Of a stretch of 64,000 bases of DNA, positions 37,163 to 47,609 are shown one piece after another. This DNA is from Pristiophorus japonicus (Eukaryota). A program made the position numbers and the translations under genes. Every line of letters begins with the position of its first letter. The stretch's first letter is position 1. Below the pieces are notes generated by a model. That model was not told the DNA's origin and did not search any database. It worked only from the letters and a program-made list of their open reading frames with translations. The stretch is from assembly GCF_044704955.1 (NCBI RefSeq), contig NC_091984.1, positions 147,312,001-147,376,000 on the forward strand, given 5' to 3'.

Positions 37163-37342
37163 GACTTAACCCTTAGATACACTTAAATTGGCAACAGCAA
37201 TGTTAAAAGTTACTGACTAATATAAAAAGAAAAAGAAAAACTACTCACCAATCACCAGCCAATCACTTACCCCCTAGGCTGTGACGTCACCTTTCTGTTT
37301 CTTTCTACTTCTTTTTTGCCTTCTCCTTGTAGCTGCACAAGT

Positions 37343-37540
37343 ACGCCTCACCAACGAACTCCCGACGCCTCTCACGGCCTTTTATAGGCCTCCGACCCCG
37401 GACTCACGCCACACCAACGAACTCCCGACGCCTCTCGCGGCCTTTTATAGGCCTCCGACCCCGGACTCACGCCTCACCAACGAACTCCCGACGCCTCTCG
37501 TGGCCTTTTTCGGCCTCGGACCCCGGACTCACGCCTCACC
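37343..37540 (-). promoter_or_regulatory. Three 63-bp CpG-rich monomers in the CR1 5' UTR, two with TATAAAA
   Basis: Unit starts at 37343, 37406, 37469, 37531; sense strand GGCCTATAAAAGGCC. Confidence 0.75.
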
Positions 37541-38923
37541 CTATTACGAATTCATCCACCTTATTACGAATACTCTTTGCATTAAGACACAAAGCCTTCA
37601 GGTTTGTATTTTTAATATCCTTTGTCCTTTTAGAATTATGATGTAGTGTGGCCCTTTTTGTTTCTTGCCTTTGTTTACTCGGTTATGCTCCAACAAATTG
37701 CTTTTTCTGTATAACCTCTGTAAACGTTTAGTGCTAGCTTGCGATTCATCTTTGTACGGGGTCGGGTGTGTGTTACAACAAGTAAACGAATCGGGTAAAA
37801 TGCAACCAGTCCCCTATGCGTTCAGGAGTTTGTCCAAGGCCGAAAGCATGATTGAAAAAGAAACTCTGGCATGCGATTACCGGGTGGAAAAAATGCACCA
37901 GTATCTGTTTGGTCTCAAGTTTGAGTTAAAAACTGACCATAAGCCAATCATATCGCTATTCTAAGAGAGCAAAGGGATTAATACCAATGCCTCTGATGGC
38001 AATCAAAGATGGGCGCTCACGCTGTCTGCATATAACTATGTAATCTGCCACAGACCAGGCACAGAGAACTGCGCTGATGCTCTCAGTCAGCTACCATTGC
38101 CCACCACCGGGGTGGAAATGGCACAGCCTGCAGAATTGCCCTTGGTGATGGATGCATTTGAAAGTGAAATGTCACCCGTTACGGCCCGCCAGATCAGGAC
38201 CTGGACCAGCCAGGATCCTTTACTGTCCCTTGTAAAAAAACTGTGTGCTCCATGGGAGCTGGTCCAGTGTCCCATCGGAGATGCATGAAGAGATCAAGCT
38301 ATTCTAGTGGCGCAAAGATGACATGTCCATACAGGTGGACTGTCTTTTGTGAGGCAATCACATGGTTTTGCCGAAGAAAGGCAGAGAAACATTCTTATGC
38401 GACCTACACAGTACCCATCCAGGAATAGTAATGATGAAAGCTGTAGCCAGATCCCATCTGTGGTGGCCCGGCATCGACTCTGATTTGGCGTCATGTGTGC
38501 GCCAATGCAACACTTGCTCTCAACTGAGCAATGCACCTAGAGAGTCACCGCTAAGTTTGTGGTCATGGCTCTCCAAACCGTGGTCTCGGATCCACGTTGA
38601 CTTTGCGGGCCCATTTCTAGGCAAAATGTTTTGGTTGTTGTGAATGTTTATTCAAAATGGATTGAGTGTGTAATAATGTCTGTAAGCATGTCCACTGCCA
38701 CCATCGAAAGCCTATGAGCCATGTTCACCATGCACGGCCTGCCTGATGTCCTTGTCAGCGACAATGGGCCATGCTTCACCAGTGCTGAATTCAAGGAATT
38801 CATGACCCGCAATGGAATCAAGCACGTCACATCTGCCCCGTGTCTGATCTGTCCATATAATCCCTATCGTCCAGAACTTGTAGTAGGAGGTGCGTTATCG
38901 GTACGCCCAAGAAAACAAGCACC

Positions 38924-39650
38924 CCCTCAGTACTGCCCCTCCGACAGCGCAGCGCTCCCTCAGTACTGACCCTCCGACAGTGCAACACTCCCTCAGTACT
39001 GCACTCTGACAGAGCAGCGCTCCCTCAGAACTGACCCTCCGACAGTGCAACACTTCCTCAGTTCTGCTCTCTGACAGTGCAGCACTCCCTCAGTATTGCC
39101 CTCTGATAGTGCAGCACTCCCTCAGAACTGACCCTCTGACAGTGCAACACTCCCTTAGTACTGTCCTCTGACAGTGCAGCACTCCCTCAGTACTGCCCAT
39201 CCAACAGTACAGCATTCCCTCAGTACTGCCCCTCCGACAGTGCAGCACTCCCTCAGTACTGCCCATCTGACAGTGCGGCACTCCCTCAGGATTGCCCCTC
39301 TGACAGTGCAGAACTCCCTCAGTACTGCCCCTCTGACAGTGCAGCACTCCCTCAGTACTGCCCCTCTGGCCGTGCGGCACACCTTCAGGACTGCACCTCT
39401 GACAGTGCAGCACTCCCTCAGTACTGCCCCTCTGACAGTCCGGCACTCCCTCAGGATTGCCCCTCTGACAGTGCAGCACTCCCTCAGTACTGCCCCCTGA
39501 CAGTGCAGCATTCCCTCAGTACTGCCCCTCTGACAGTGCAGCACTCCCTCAGTACTGCCCCTCTGACAGTGCAGCACTCCCTCAGGACTGCATAGTAGTG
39601 TATGTCTTTATTTTCCACTCAGGTCCCTGGAGTGGGGCTTGAACCCACGA
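38924..39650 (-). repeat. 33-bp minisatellite (~20 units) expanded inside a SacSINE1/Deu-type tRNA SINE
   Basis: CCCTCTGACAGTGCAGCACTCCCTCAGTACTGC units, followed by a B-box-like GGTTCAAGCCC on the minus strand near 39635-39645. Confidence 0.85.
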
Positions 39651-40775
39651 TACAACATTGCATCACTGGATGCTGCACAGTCTGAGCTGTGAGTCATATC
39701 CCGACCTCAGTTGGAACAGCTAACTCAGAACAAACAACAACAGCAACTTTTATACAGCACCTTTAACACAGTAAAACTCCCCAAGCGCTTCACAGGAGCG
39801 TTATAGAATAAAGATTGACAGCGAGCCACGTAAGGAGACATTGAAATTTGCAGCTCAGCCAAATTGTGAGGGAAATTGTCAGTGCTGTCTTCATACCAAA
39901 ATGGGGCAATGTTGGTTCTGAAAAGACCAAATTTTTGACAATTTCTGTGTCACTCAATTGATTGGTTTGTAAAACCCGTTTGTACCAAACCTCCAGTCAG
40001 GTTTGCAGAATCCTTTCCAGTTCCCCACATGTCATTTGATGGTGGATCTCAGTGTGTATCTCCTCGTCCGCTCGTGAGGCGGTGTCTCAGACCGATTGGA
40101 GGGTCAGCAGCCACTCCGCACTACAGCGTGCATCGGCAGGCCATTCCACTGTGGAAGGCCTCACCGCGGAGCTCGGTGCACGGGGTATATCCACACAGAG
40201 ACGGTTTGCCGCCAAGTACAGCAGCAACAACCTGCATTGCTATAGCAACTGGAACATTAGAGCAACATCCCGAGGCAGCTGACAGAGGCATAATCTGGTC
40301 AAAGTGGTGCTGAGCCAAAGGGGGAGGGGCTAGGAAGGTGATCAAAACCCTCAGTCACAGATTGTGTTTGAAGGGAGGTCTTAAAAGAGGAGAGAGGTGG
40401 AGTGGCAGAGAGGTTTAGGGAGCAGGGAGTTAGGGCCCAGACAGCTGAAGGCACGGCCCCAATGGAGGGGGAAGGGAAGGGGAGGATGGATAAGAAGCCT
40501 GAGCCAGATACAGCGGCCCCTGAACACAACAACAACTTGCATTTATATACAGGAAGGAGTGTGAAATATTAGATGAAATTCATCGTGAGAGAGGAAGGAT
40601 TAAGGGGCTTAGCAGCTTTGAAAATGGATAAATCCCGAGACCCAGATGAAAAGTATCCCAGGCTGTTAAGAGAAACAAAAGAGGAAGTAACGGAGGCTCT
40701 GGCCCTTATTTTCCAATCCTCTCTGACTACAGGTGTGGTGCCAGAGGACCGGTGGCCTGCTAATGTTGTAAATTT

Positions 40776-41774
40776 GTGTTATGTGTATATATATCGGAGG
40801 ATGATGAAGAATTAGGGGTGCGCTTTGCCCCATTTAAAAAAAGACGAGTTGTAGTCAAATCAGAAGAGACTGCGGATGAGGGCGGAACCAAAAAAACAAA
40901 GAGAAGGGTGTATGCAGAATACTTAGTTCATGCTCCGGCAGACTCAGAGAAAATTGATAAATGGTCCAAGGAATTGCCCAATCCAAAGAAAGGGGGAGTA
41001 AAAACGTGGGACCAATTGGACCGCTTAAGAAATATATATCAACTTCATCCCTGGGACGGAGTGCAAATTTTGACCATAATGGTGCCAAAAACACAGGGAA
41101 GAAAATTGCACGACAAGGTAGATGAAGCTTTGGGGCAGAATGAGCAAGAATTAGACGCAGGATGGGAAGCGATTAAACACTGGCTGCAAGCCTTCAGTCC
41201 AGCTAAGACAGATTGGGGAAAAATTGCAGCCTGCCAACAGAAAGGAAGAGAGGAGGTCCTGGAGTATGATGAGCGGTTCAGATGCACGTGGCTAGAACAT
41301 TCGGGTCAGAATAATACGGATGAGGAAATGGATGAACAAGTGTTTGGACCCCTGAAAGCAGCTTTCGTGGCAGGTCTAAAGCCAGAACTGTCCAAAATGC
41401 TTAAGGTAGTGTTACCGGACTGGGAAGGTAGAGGAACTACCTTTGCAGCATTGGTGGATCGATGTAACCAATTAGATTGGGATATGGGAGCTAAAGTCCG
41501 AGCTGTACAGGCTATGGGATGGAAATCCCAGGATTCCGATAAACAGTCATTAGGAAAATTACCCGGAAAATGTCATTATTGTGGGAAAGAAGGTCACTGG
41601 GCCAAGACGTGCAGGGCAAAACAGCAAGGTCGTGGCTGGGGAAGAGGACGCAGCCAGGGATACAATTCAGCCAACAAGCCAGGCTTGTCACAAGCTAACG
41701 ACCTCATAGAAGCATTTAAGTGACTGACAATACAACATCAGAAGGAGTTACTTGGGATAGCAAAAAACGATTAG
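40776..41774 (+). pseudogene. gag: ERV gag (5'-truncated; probable premature TGA at 41721)
   Basis: MHR-like QQKGREEVLEYDERF; CHYCGKEGHWAKTC. Confidence 0.85.
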
Positions 41775-44700
41775 AGCCCACCCTGGCCCCCCTCCTCGCA
41801 CTAATACAACAAAGGGGAGATGGGCTATATATAACTGTGAGGGTGGGCGATAAGGATGTGGACTGTCTTTTAGACACAGGGGCGGAATTAACATGCTTAC
41901 CCCTACAAAATGGAAACGTTTTGCCGTTGGATGGTAGGGCACGTACAGCCTATGGAGTTGGGGGCCATAAAATGGAAATTAAAAGGACAACACCGGTACT
42001 TATAGGGCTGGGTCTACATGATCTAACCACGCCGGTCTGGATAGGCCCAGTAGATCAACCCCTTTTGGGAATGGACGTTCTAATCCAAATAGATTCATCG
42101 TTGCATTTCGAGGATGGTTGGGTGACATGGTCAATTAAAACTTTGAAGAAAGAAGAATTGAAGGAACACCCGATATGGGCTAAAGATAAGAATGATTGTG
42201 GCCTACTCCAGATGGAGCCTGTGTCATTTACCGGGACCAAGCCTCCATGCACTAACAGTGTCCCATCAGTCCAACTGCCATCGCGGGAATCTTACCGGTT
42301 ATTCAGCAATTGGAGAAACAAGGAGTGCTTATTAAAACGCATAGCTCCTCCAATAGCCCCGTGTGGCTGGTACAGAAATCTAATGAGACTTGGCGTTTGA
42401 CTGTCGATTATAGGAAAGCTAACCAGTGTATTGATCAAAAAGCTCCTTTGGTCGCAGATCCCTCCACCATTTTTAATGCCCTCAAACCGGAACATAAATA
42501 TTTCTCGGTTATAGATATGGCCAACGGATTTTGGTCGGTGCCTCTGGCACTGGAGGTTCGACAGTGGTTTGCTTTCACGGTCCAAGGACAATAGTATACT
42601 TGGACCCGGTTACCGCAGGGTTTCCACAACAGCCCTACGGTATTCCACATGGCTTTACAAAGCCATTTGCGAGAATTACCTCCCCTGTTATCCACAGTCA
42701 TCCAATATGTAGATGATATCCTGCTAGCTTCAAACACGGAAGAACAACATGAACAAGATTTACGAGCTTTGCTGGACCACCTTCGGCTGAAAGGACATAA
42801 AGCAAGCATCGACAAAGCACAAATATCCCAAGAAGAGGTTGTATACCTGGGACAAATGATTTCACAAGGAAAGAGAGAACTTACCCAGAATAGAACTGCA
42901 GCCATTCGGGCTGCTAAAAAACCCACCACTATTCAGGAACTAAGGTCTTTTTTGGGATTGTGTAACTTTAACAGAAATTGGATTGATTCCTTCACACAGT
43001 TTGCTCAGCCACTGAATTATATTTTAAAGGGGAAACGTGCCTCTAAAGAAGCCATCACCCTCACTAAGGAACAGCAAGAGGCCTTCCTGAGTTTGAAAAA
43101 GGTTTTGTGTTCAGCACCGGCTCTGGGAATCCCCGATAGTGGTAAGCCATTTACCCTGTTTGTTCATGAGAAAGAAGGATATATGACAGCTATACTGACA
43201 CAAGAACATGGGGATCGGCAAAGACTTATTGGCTATTATTCGGCAAAACTGGATGCGGTAGCCCTCAGATGGGGAAGTTGCCTAAGGGCCATGGAAGCTA
43301 CATATCGAGCGTTAATGAACACTGCGGGTCTAGTCCCCGACCAAAAGCTGATTGTCAAGTGTCCCCACAATGTACATGCTTTGCTGTCTATGAATAGAAT
43401 ATCTCAGTTGACAGCAGCAAGATGGACCCGCTGGACAGCAGTTTTGGAAGCTCCAAATCTCCATATCGTCCGGGCCAGCCCGGTTAATCCCGCAACTATG
43501 CTCCCGATGTCAGAATCGAGGGAGCAAGAGGGGGGAGAATGTTAAGAGCATGACTGCGTGGAGATTTTAAAAGAAACAGAAGAAGCAGCCTTAGCAGCAG
43601 AGGAGTCTCTGCACAACCCAGACCTCATCCTGTTTACAGATGGTTCCTCCTTTGTTGACAATGGTACCAGAAAAGCAGGATGGGCAGTTACAACCTTATA
43701 TGAGGTAGTGGCAAAAGGATGTTTACCCTCAGGAACGTCAGCACAACAGGCCGAGTTACTGGCCCTGTCAGAAGCATGTCTAATAGCAGAAGGACAGACA
43801 ACTAATGTCTACACAGATTCGCGTTATGCTCTTGGAGTCGCTCACGACTTTGGTATGTTATGGCGGAAAAGAGGATTCCTCACTGCTGCTGGTACACCTA
43901 TCCGAAATGGAAAAGAAGTCCGAGACTTACTGGAGGCCATATAATTACCTCAGGAAGTGTCCATCCTGAAGTGTAAGGCCCATACCAAGGAAAATACCAC
44001 AGAAGCTCAGGGAAATGCCCGAGCCGACCAGGCAGCTAAAGATGCCGCCTCACAGGGCGTTCCTCCAGAAGAACCAACACAGATGTGCAGATTGAAAGCA
44101 CTCAGGACTCTGACACGAGACCTTCAAACAATGCAAGGCGAGTGCTCCCGAGAGGAAAAATGGACATGGATTGAGGCAGGAATTAAGCTATGTGAAGATG
44201 GTGTCTGGAGACAAAGAGTTACCGACAAGCCAGTTGCGCCACAAGCGCTTATGCCTTTTTTAGCCCAACAGATCCACTCGTGGGGACACTTGGCCTCACA
44301 ACAGATGACGGCACGGCTCCAGAAAAGCTGGTGGGGTCAGGGATTTAAAAAACATGCCCAGCTGGTAACAGACCGCTGTGTGGTCTGCCGGAAAAATAAT
44401 TCTGGACCCATCACAATAATGCGCCAACTGAGGCCCCCTGCCCCTGTCGGACCATTCCAGCATCTGCAGGTTGATTATATATCTCTTCCTTCATGCCAAG
44501 GATACACTAACATTCTTGTCATGGTCGACAGATTCTCTAGATGGGTAGAAGCTGTCCCAACTCAAAGAACCACAGCCAATCACACTGCAAAGGTCTTGTG
44601 TAAGGATTACATTCCCCGATGGGGAGTCCCGAGTAGCATTGACTCAGATCAGGGAACACACTTCACAGGTGCTGTCTGCCAAGAAGTCTGTAGGTTACTG

Positions 44701-45272
44701 AACATTACGTGGGATTTACACTGTCCTTATCATCCACAATCATCAGGTCAAGTAGAGCGAATGATTCGAACTCTGAAACAACAGCTTGCCAAATATCACC
44801 AAGAAGGAACACCATGGCCCCAGGCACTACCAATAGTGCTATGTAGCATTAGGGCAACCCCGAACAGAACTACAGGTCTAAGCCCATTTGAAATTATAAC
44901 AGGAAGACCCATGTCGCTGCCAGGAACTATCGATTTATGGAAAGCTGATGTTCACTTAATGAGTGACACTTTGTTATCATACTGTCAGAACTTAACCAAT
45001 GCTATTAGTTCTGTTTCCTGACAGGTATCGGCAGCTTGGGGTAATCCACCCAAAGGAGGACATGACATCATCCCGGGAGTCTGGGTGTATGTGAAAAAGT
45101 TGCATAAAGAACCTTTGGGTGCCAAGTGGGAGGGACCTTATCAAGTGTTATTGAACACCCAGGCAGCTGTTAATTCCAAGGAAAGAAAGCCTGGATCCAC
45201 GCTTCACACGCTAAACGAGCACCCGTAACTGAAGCTGAAATAAGGACAATTACTTTTCGCGAAAATGTATAA
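41768..45272 (+). pseudogene. pol: ERV pro-pol with stops and frameshifts
   Basis: LLDTGA; LPQGFHNSP, YVDD; FTDGSS, SAQQAEL, YTDSRYA; QVDYI, SDQGTHF, SSGQVER; WEGPY, WIHASH. Confidence 0.92.
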
Positions 45273-45521
45273 ATTTACTGTAGTATTGATTGTAGGTATT
45301 CTAGGCATAGGCCTACTTCTTACTAGCCGACCCTCTGCACCAAAGGGAAATAGTAGGGTAGCAATGGAATTACATGTAAATACCTTTTACTTTTATATTT
45401 TTTGTTTATGTTGATTAAATGTTGTTGCGACCAGGCGGCTGTAGCTGCTGTCCCACAGGTGAGACACCTTGCAGATCCCAGCAAACCATCTGTACATGGC
45501 ACAGGGGTATGTTATGCTTAA
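45265..45521 (+). pseudogene. env: env remnant: signal peptide joined to TM anchor/cytoplasmic tail
   Basis: MYKFTVVLIVGILGIGLLL...ELHVNTF, then in another frame LLLYFLFMLIKCCC...CYA*. Confidence 0.6.
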
Positions 45522-45796
45522 GGAAAGGTGGTTTACTGGTTGAATTAAGATATTGATTTGGATTAAATTGGAATAAGGTTAATTAACCTACTAAAACCAG
45601 ACTTCCATTGTGGCCACGATGGAACTCGGGTTGGTGTAAATTTGTGTGGAAGCTACTAGTCCGGACATGTGGCGAAACACATCAACAAATTTTAGAAGGA
45701 AACTCTATTAACATGTATGAAATTATTTTGTAGAATATTTAACCAGTGATACCTGATGTTTTATGATTCAGTTTGTGAAAGAATCAAATGGGGGAT

Positions 45797-46126
45797 TGAT
45801 AGAGAATTCAAACAGGCTGCATTTAGACAGGCTGTGAAAAAACACAGGCCACATTGCATTAAGTCATCAATCAACTTGACATTTTCGGACCTTGGGTAGC
45901 GAGCCAATTAAAACGTTAAAAGACTTTCAATTGAGCCAATAAGGTCAAAGAAGGCGAGTTCTTTTCTGTAAATTGATCCAGGTATAAATACAGCCATTTT
46001 GACCATGTGGTTTCAGTAAGACAAAGAAACTGGCAATCAGCCAGCAGCTTGTTACTCTCTGCCAAGATCAAAAAGTTAAAACTACCATCGGAGTTCGTAT
46101 TTCATTGGAAATTAAGAGATCTAACA
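45797..46126 (+). repeat. ERV 3' LTR (330 bp)
   Basis: After PPT AAATGGGGGAT; TG...CA ends; two GCCAAT boxes; TATAAATA near 45983. Confidence 0.85.
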
Positions 46127-47524
46127 AACACATTGAATAAATTGTCCAATTACAGTCTGTGGGGAAAAGAATACAGCTTAAACTCTAAATGGGGTAAAGA
46201 GGAGAATGCAGATACATTTACACAAGTTATCCCAGCCTCCCTCCCCCAATTCCACGAACTAACTAAGTTATAGCTCTGTGGGTTCAGGGGCCATGCTCAC
46301 CAATCCCCTTTTTGACAGTTGCCAGTGAATCGCGGTTTCGGGGTTCGCTGCACTTGGCCTTCGAGGCGAGCCGCACCCCGGTCGGAGGAGAGGACTTCGG
46401 ACTATGTAGTCTTCGGTTGGGGTGCGTCCGTTGATGCGGTAAGTTGCGTTTTGGATGTATGGGGTAAGTACCCACTTTCTTTGGTTAGGAATAGTTTAGT
46501 TAGTCCCTTTTGGTAATTTCTCACCCGTTGGTCGTTCCGAAGTAGATTGTAGAGTGGAAATAAATGTCGATTCTTCGGTTTTTGCTGAGTTGGTTTTGGT
46601 TAGTCGTTTCGCTGGTTGTGGTGGCCCGGGTTGTCAATTTGGTTGCTGACAACCTTCCATTTCGTGGGCCTCGTGCTCAGTCGGTCCTTGATGATTTCTT
46701 GTCGTTTCCTTCACTACTCCATTTCTTCACTCCCCACCTCCGGCTGCTTGTGTCTGTCTGTGTTTGAGTCTGTGTCCTGCTGTTCGAGTCTGTGTCCTGC
46801 TTTCTGTGTTCTGTTCCTTGGTAAAACTTGGAATAGATATAACCCAAAAAAAAGGCTCCGGTATCTCCCATCAAATCTAGCTCAGTTCTTTGTTTCGATT
46901 TTTCAGCCAGCTTACTGAAACTTGATTACGTGGTTTTAATCTGGCGTTAATAGGCTTTTCAAAGTTGGTGAGCTCTCCATTGTGCTAGTCTGGCCTGAGC
47001 CAGATATTTTATGCCTGTTGCAAAGGTGTTGGAATATGTATGTGACATTTGGGTCCTCTGGGTGCGGTGATAAATGTTTCTTCCATCATTGATTGTTTAA
47101 ATGCTAATGTTTTCAAGGGGCAAGTTTCGAGGGTATACAGTTCCCAGACAATTTGATTAGTTCCAATGTCCAAACTGGCCCTTTAGATATTGACCCCACC
47201 CCTTTTCTTGCAGACCCAACATACACCTTTTAAAAATCCCAAATTCGATTCAAATTCGTAGTTTCTTCCACGTGCACTTTAGGATTTCAAACTTTCTGGT
47301 AGTTTGTTCCAACTTAAATTCCCTTTCCTATGAGTCCAAACACTGGGGGGGGGGGGGGTCTCCATGAATGCACCCCCTTTTATCCCCTGCAGGCCTCGTC
47401 TGCCCCTTTAAAATTCATTTGTGTCCCAAAGTTTTCCTTCCATTTTAAAAGTCCAGAAAGGGATTCTTCTCCTCTGCAGGGGAAAGATACCTGGAATCTT
47501 TGCAAGATATTGGTAAATTCTGCA
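46127..47524 (-). repeat. Third copy of the 1.5-kb LTR, cut at its 3' end by the ERV insertion
   Basis: Reverse complement of ~254-1536 with three extra segments of 45, 25 and 21 nt. Confidence 0.95.
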
Positions 47525-47609
47525 GTACAATGGTTGGGAACAATGGCCAGGCCAGCCCAGGCCAGGCAAGGATGAAACATAACACAACTGTAACTGTCAC
47601 CAATATAAG

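Larger units (their letters stand above)
33138..37681 (-). mobile_element. Full-length CR1/HER1-type LINE with 5' extra sequence, TSD GTTAT
   Basis: Tail (TTTCTATG)n, ORF1, ORF2, 5' UTR; Gypsy frame ARNLL|CSNKLL resumes at 37682; GTTAT at 33133-33137 and 37682-37686. Confidence 0.93.
30664..38840 (+). mobile_element. Second Gypsy copy (related subfamily), 5' LTR 30664-30871, 3' end missing, carrying two CR1 insertions
   Basis: TGTTATG...TTAACA LTR, PBS TGGTGACGAG at 30874, gag-pol homologous to 15110-19160. Confidence 0.9.
40776..46126 (+). mobile_element. Class I (epsilon-like) endogenous retrovirus, 5' LTR and gag start deleted
   Basis: gag, pro-pol with class I tether KPFTLFVHEKEG...YYSAKLDAVA...CLRA, RH, IN, env remnant, PPT, 3' LTR. 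Confidence 0.9.

Noticed and set aside
38924-39590. CRISPR-like 33-bp repeats
   Set aside because: Head-to-tail units with no spacers, no cas genes, vertebrate SINE context.
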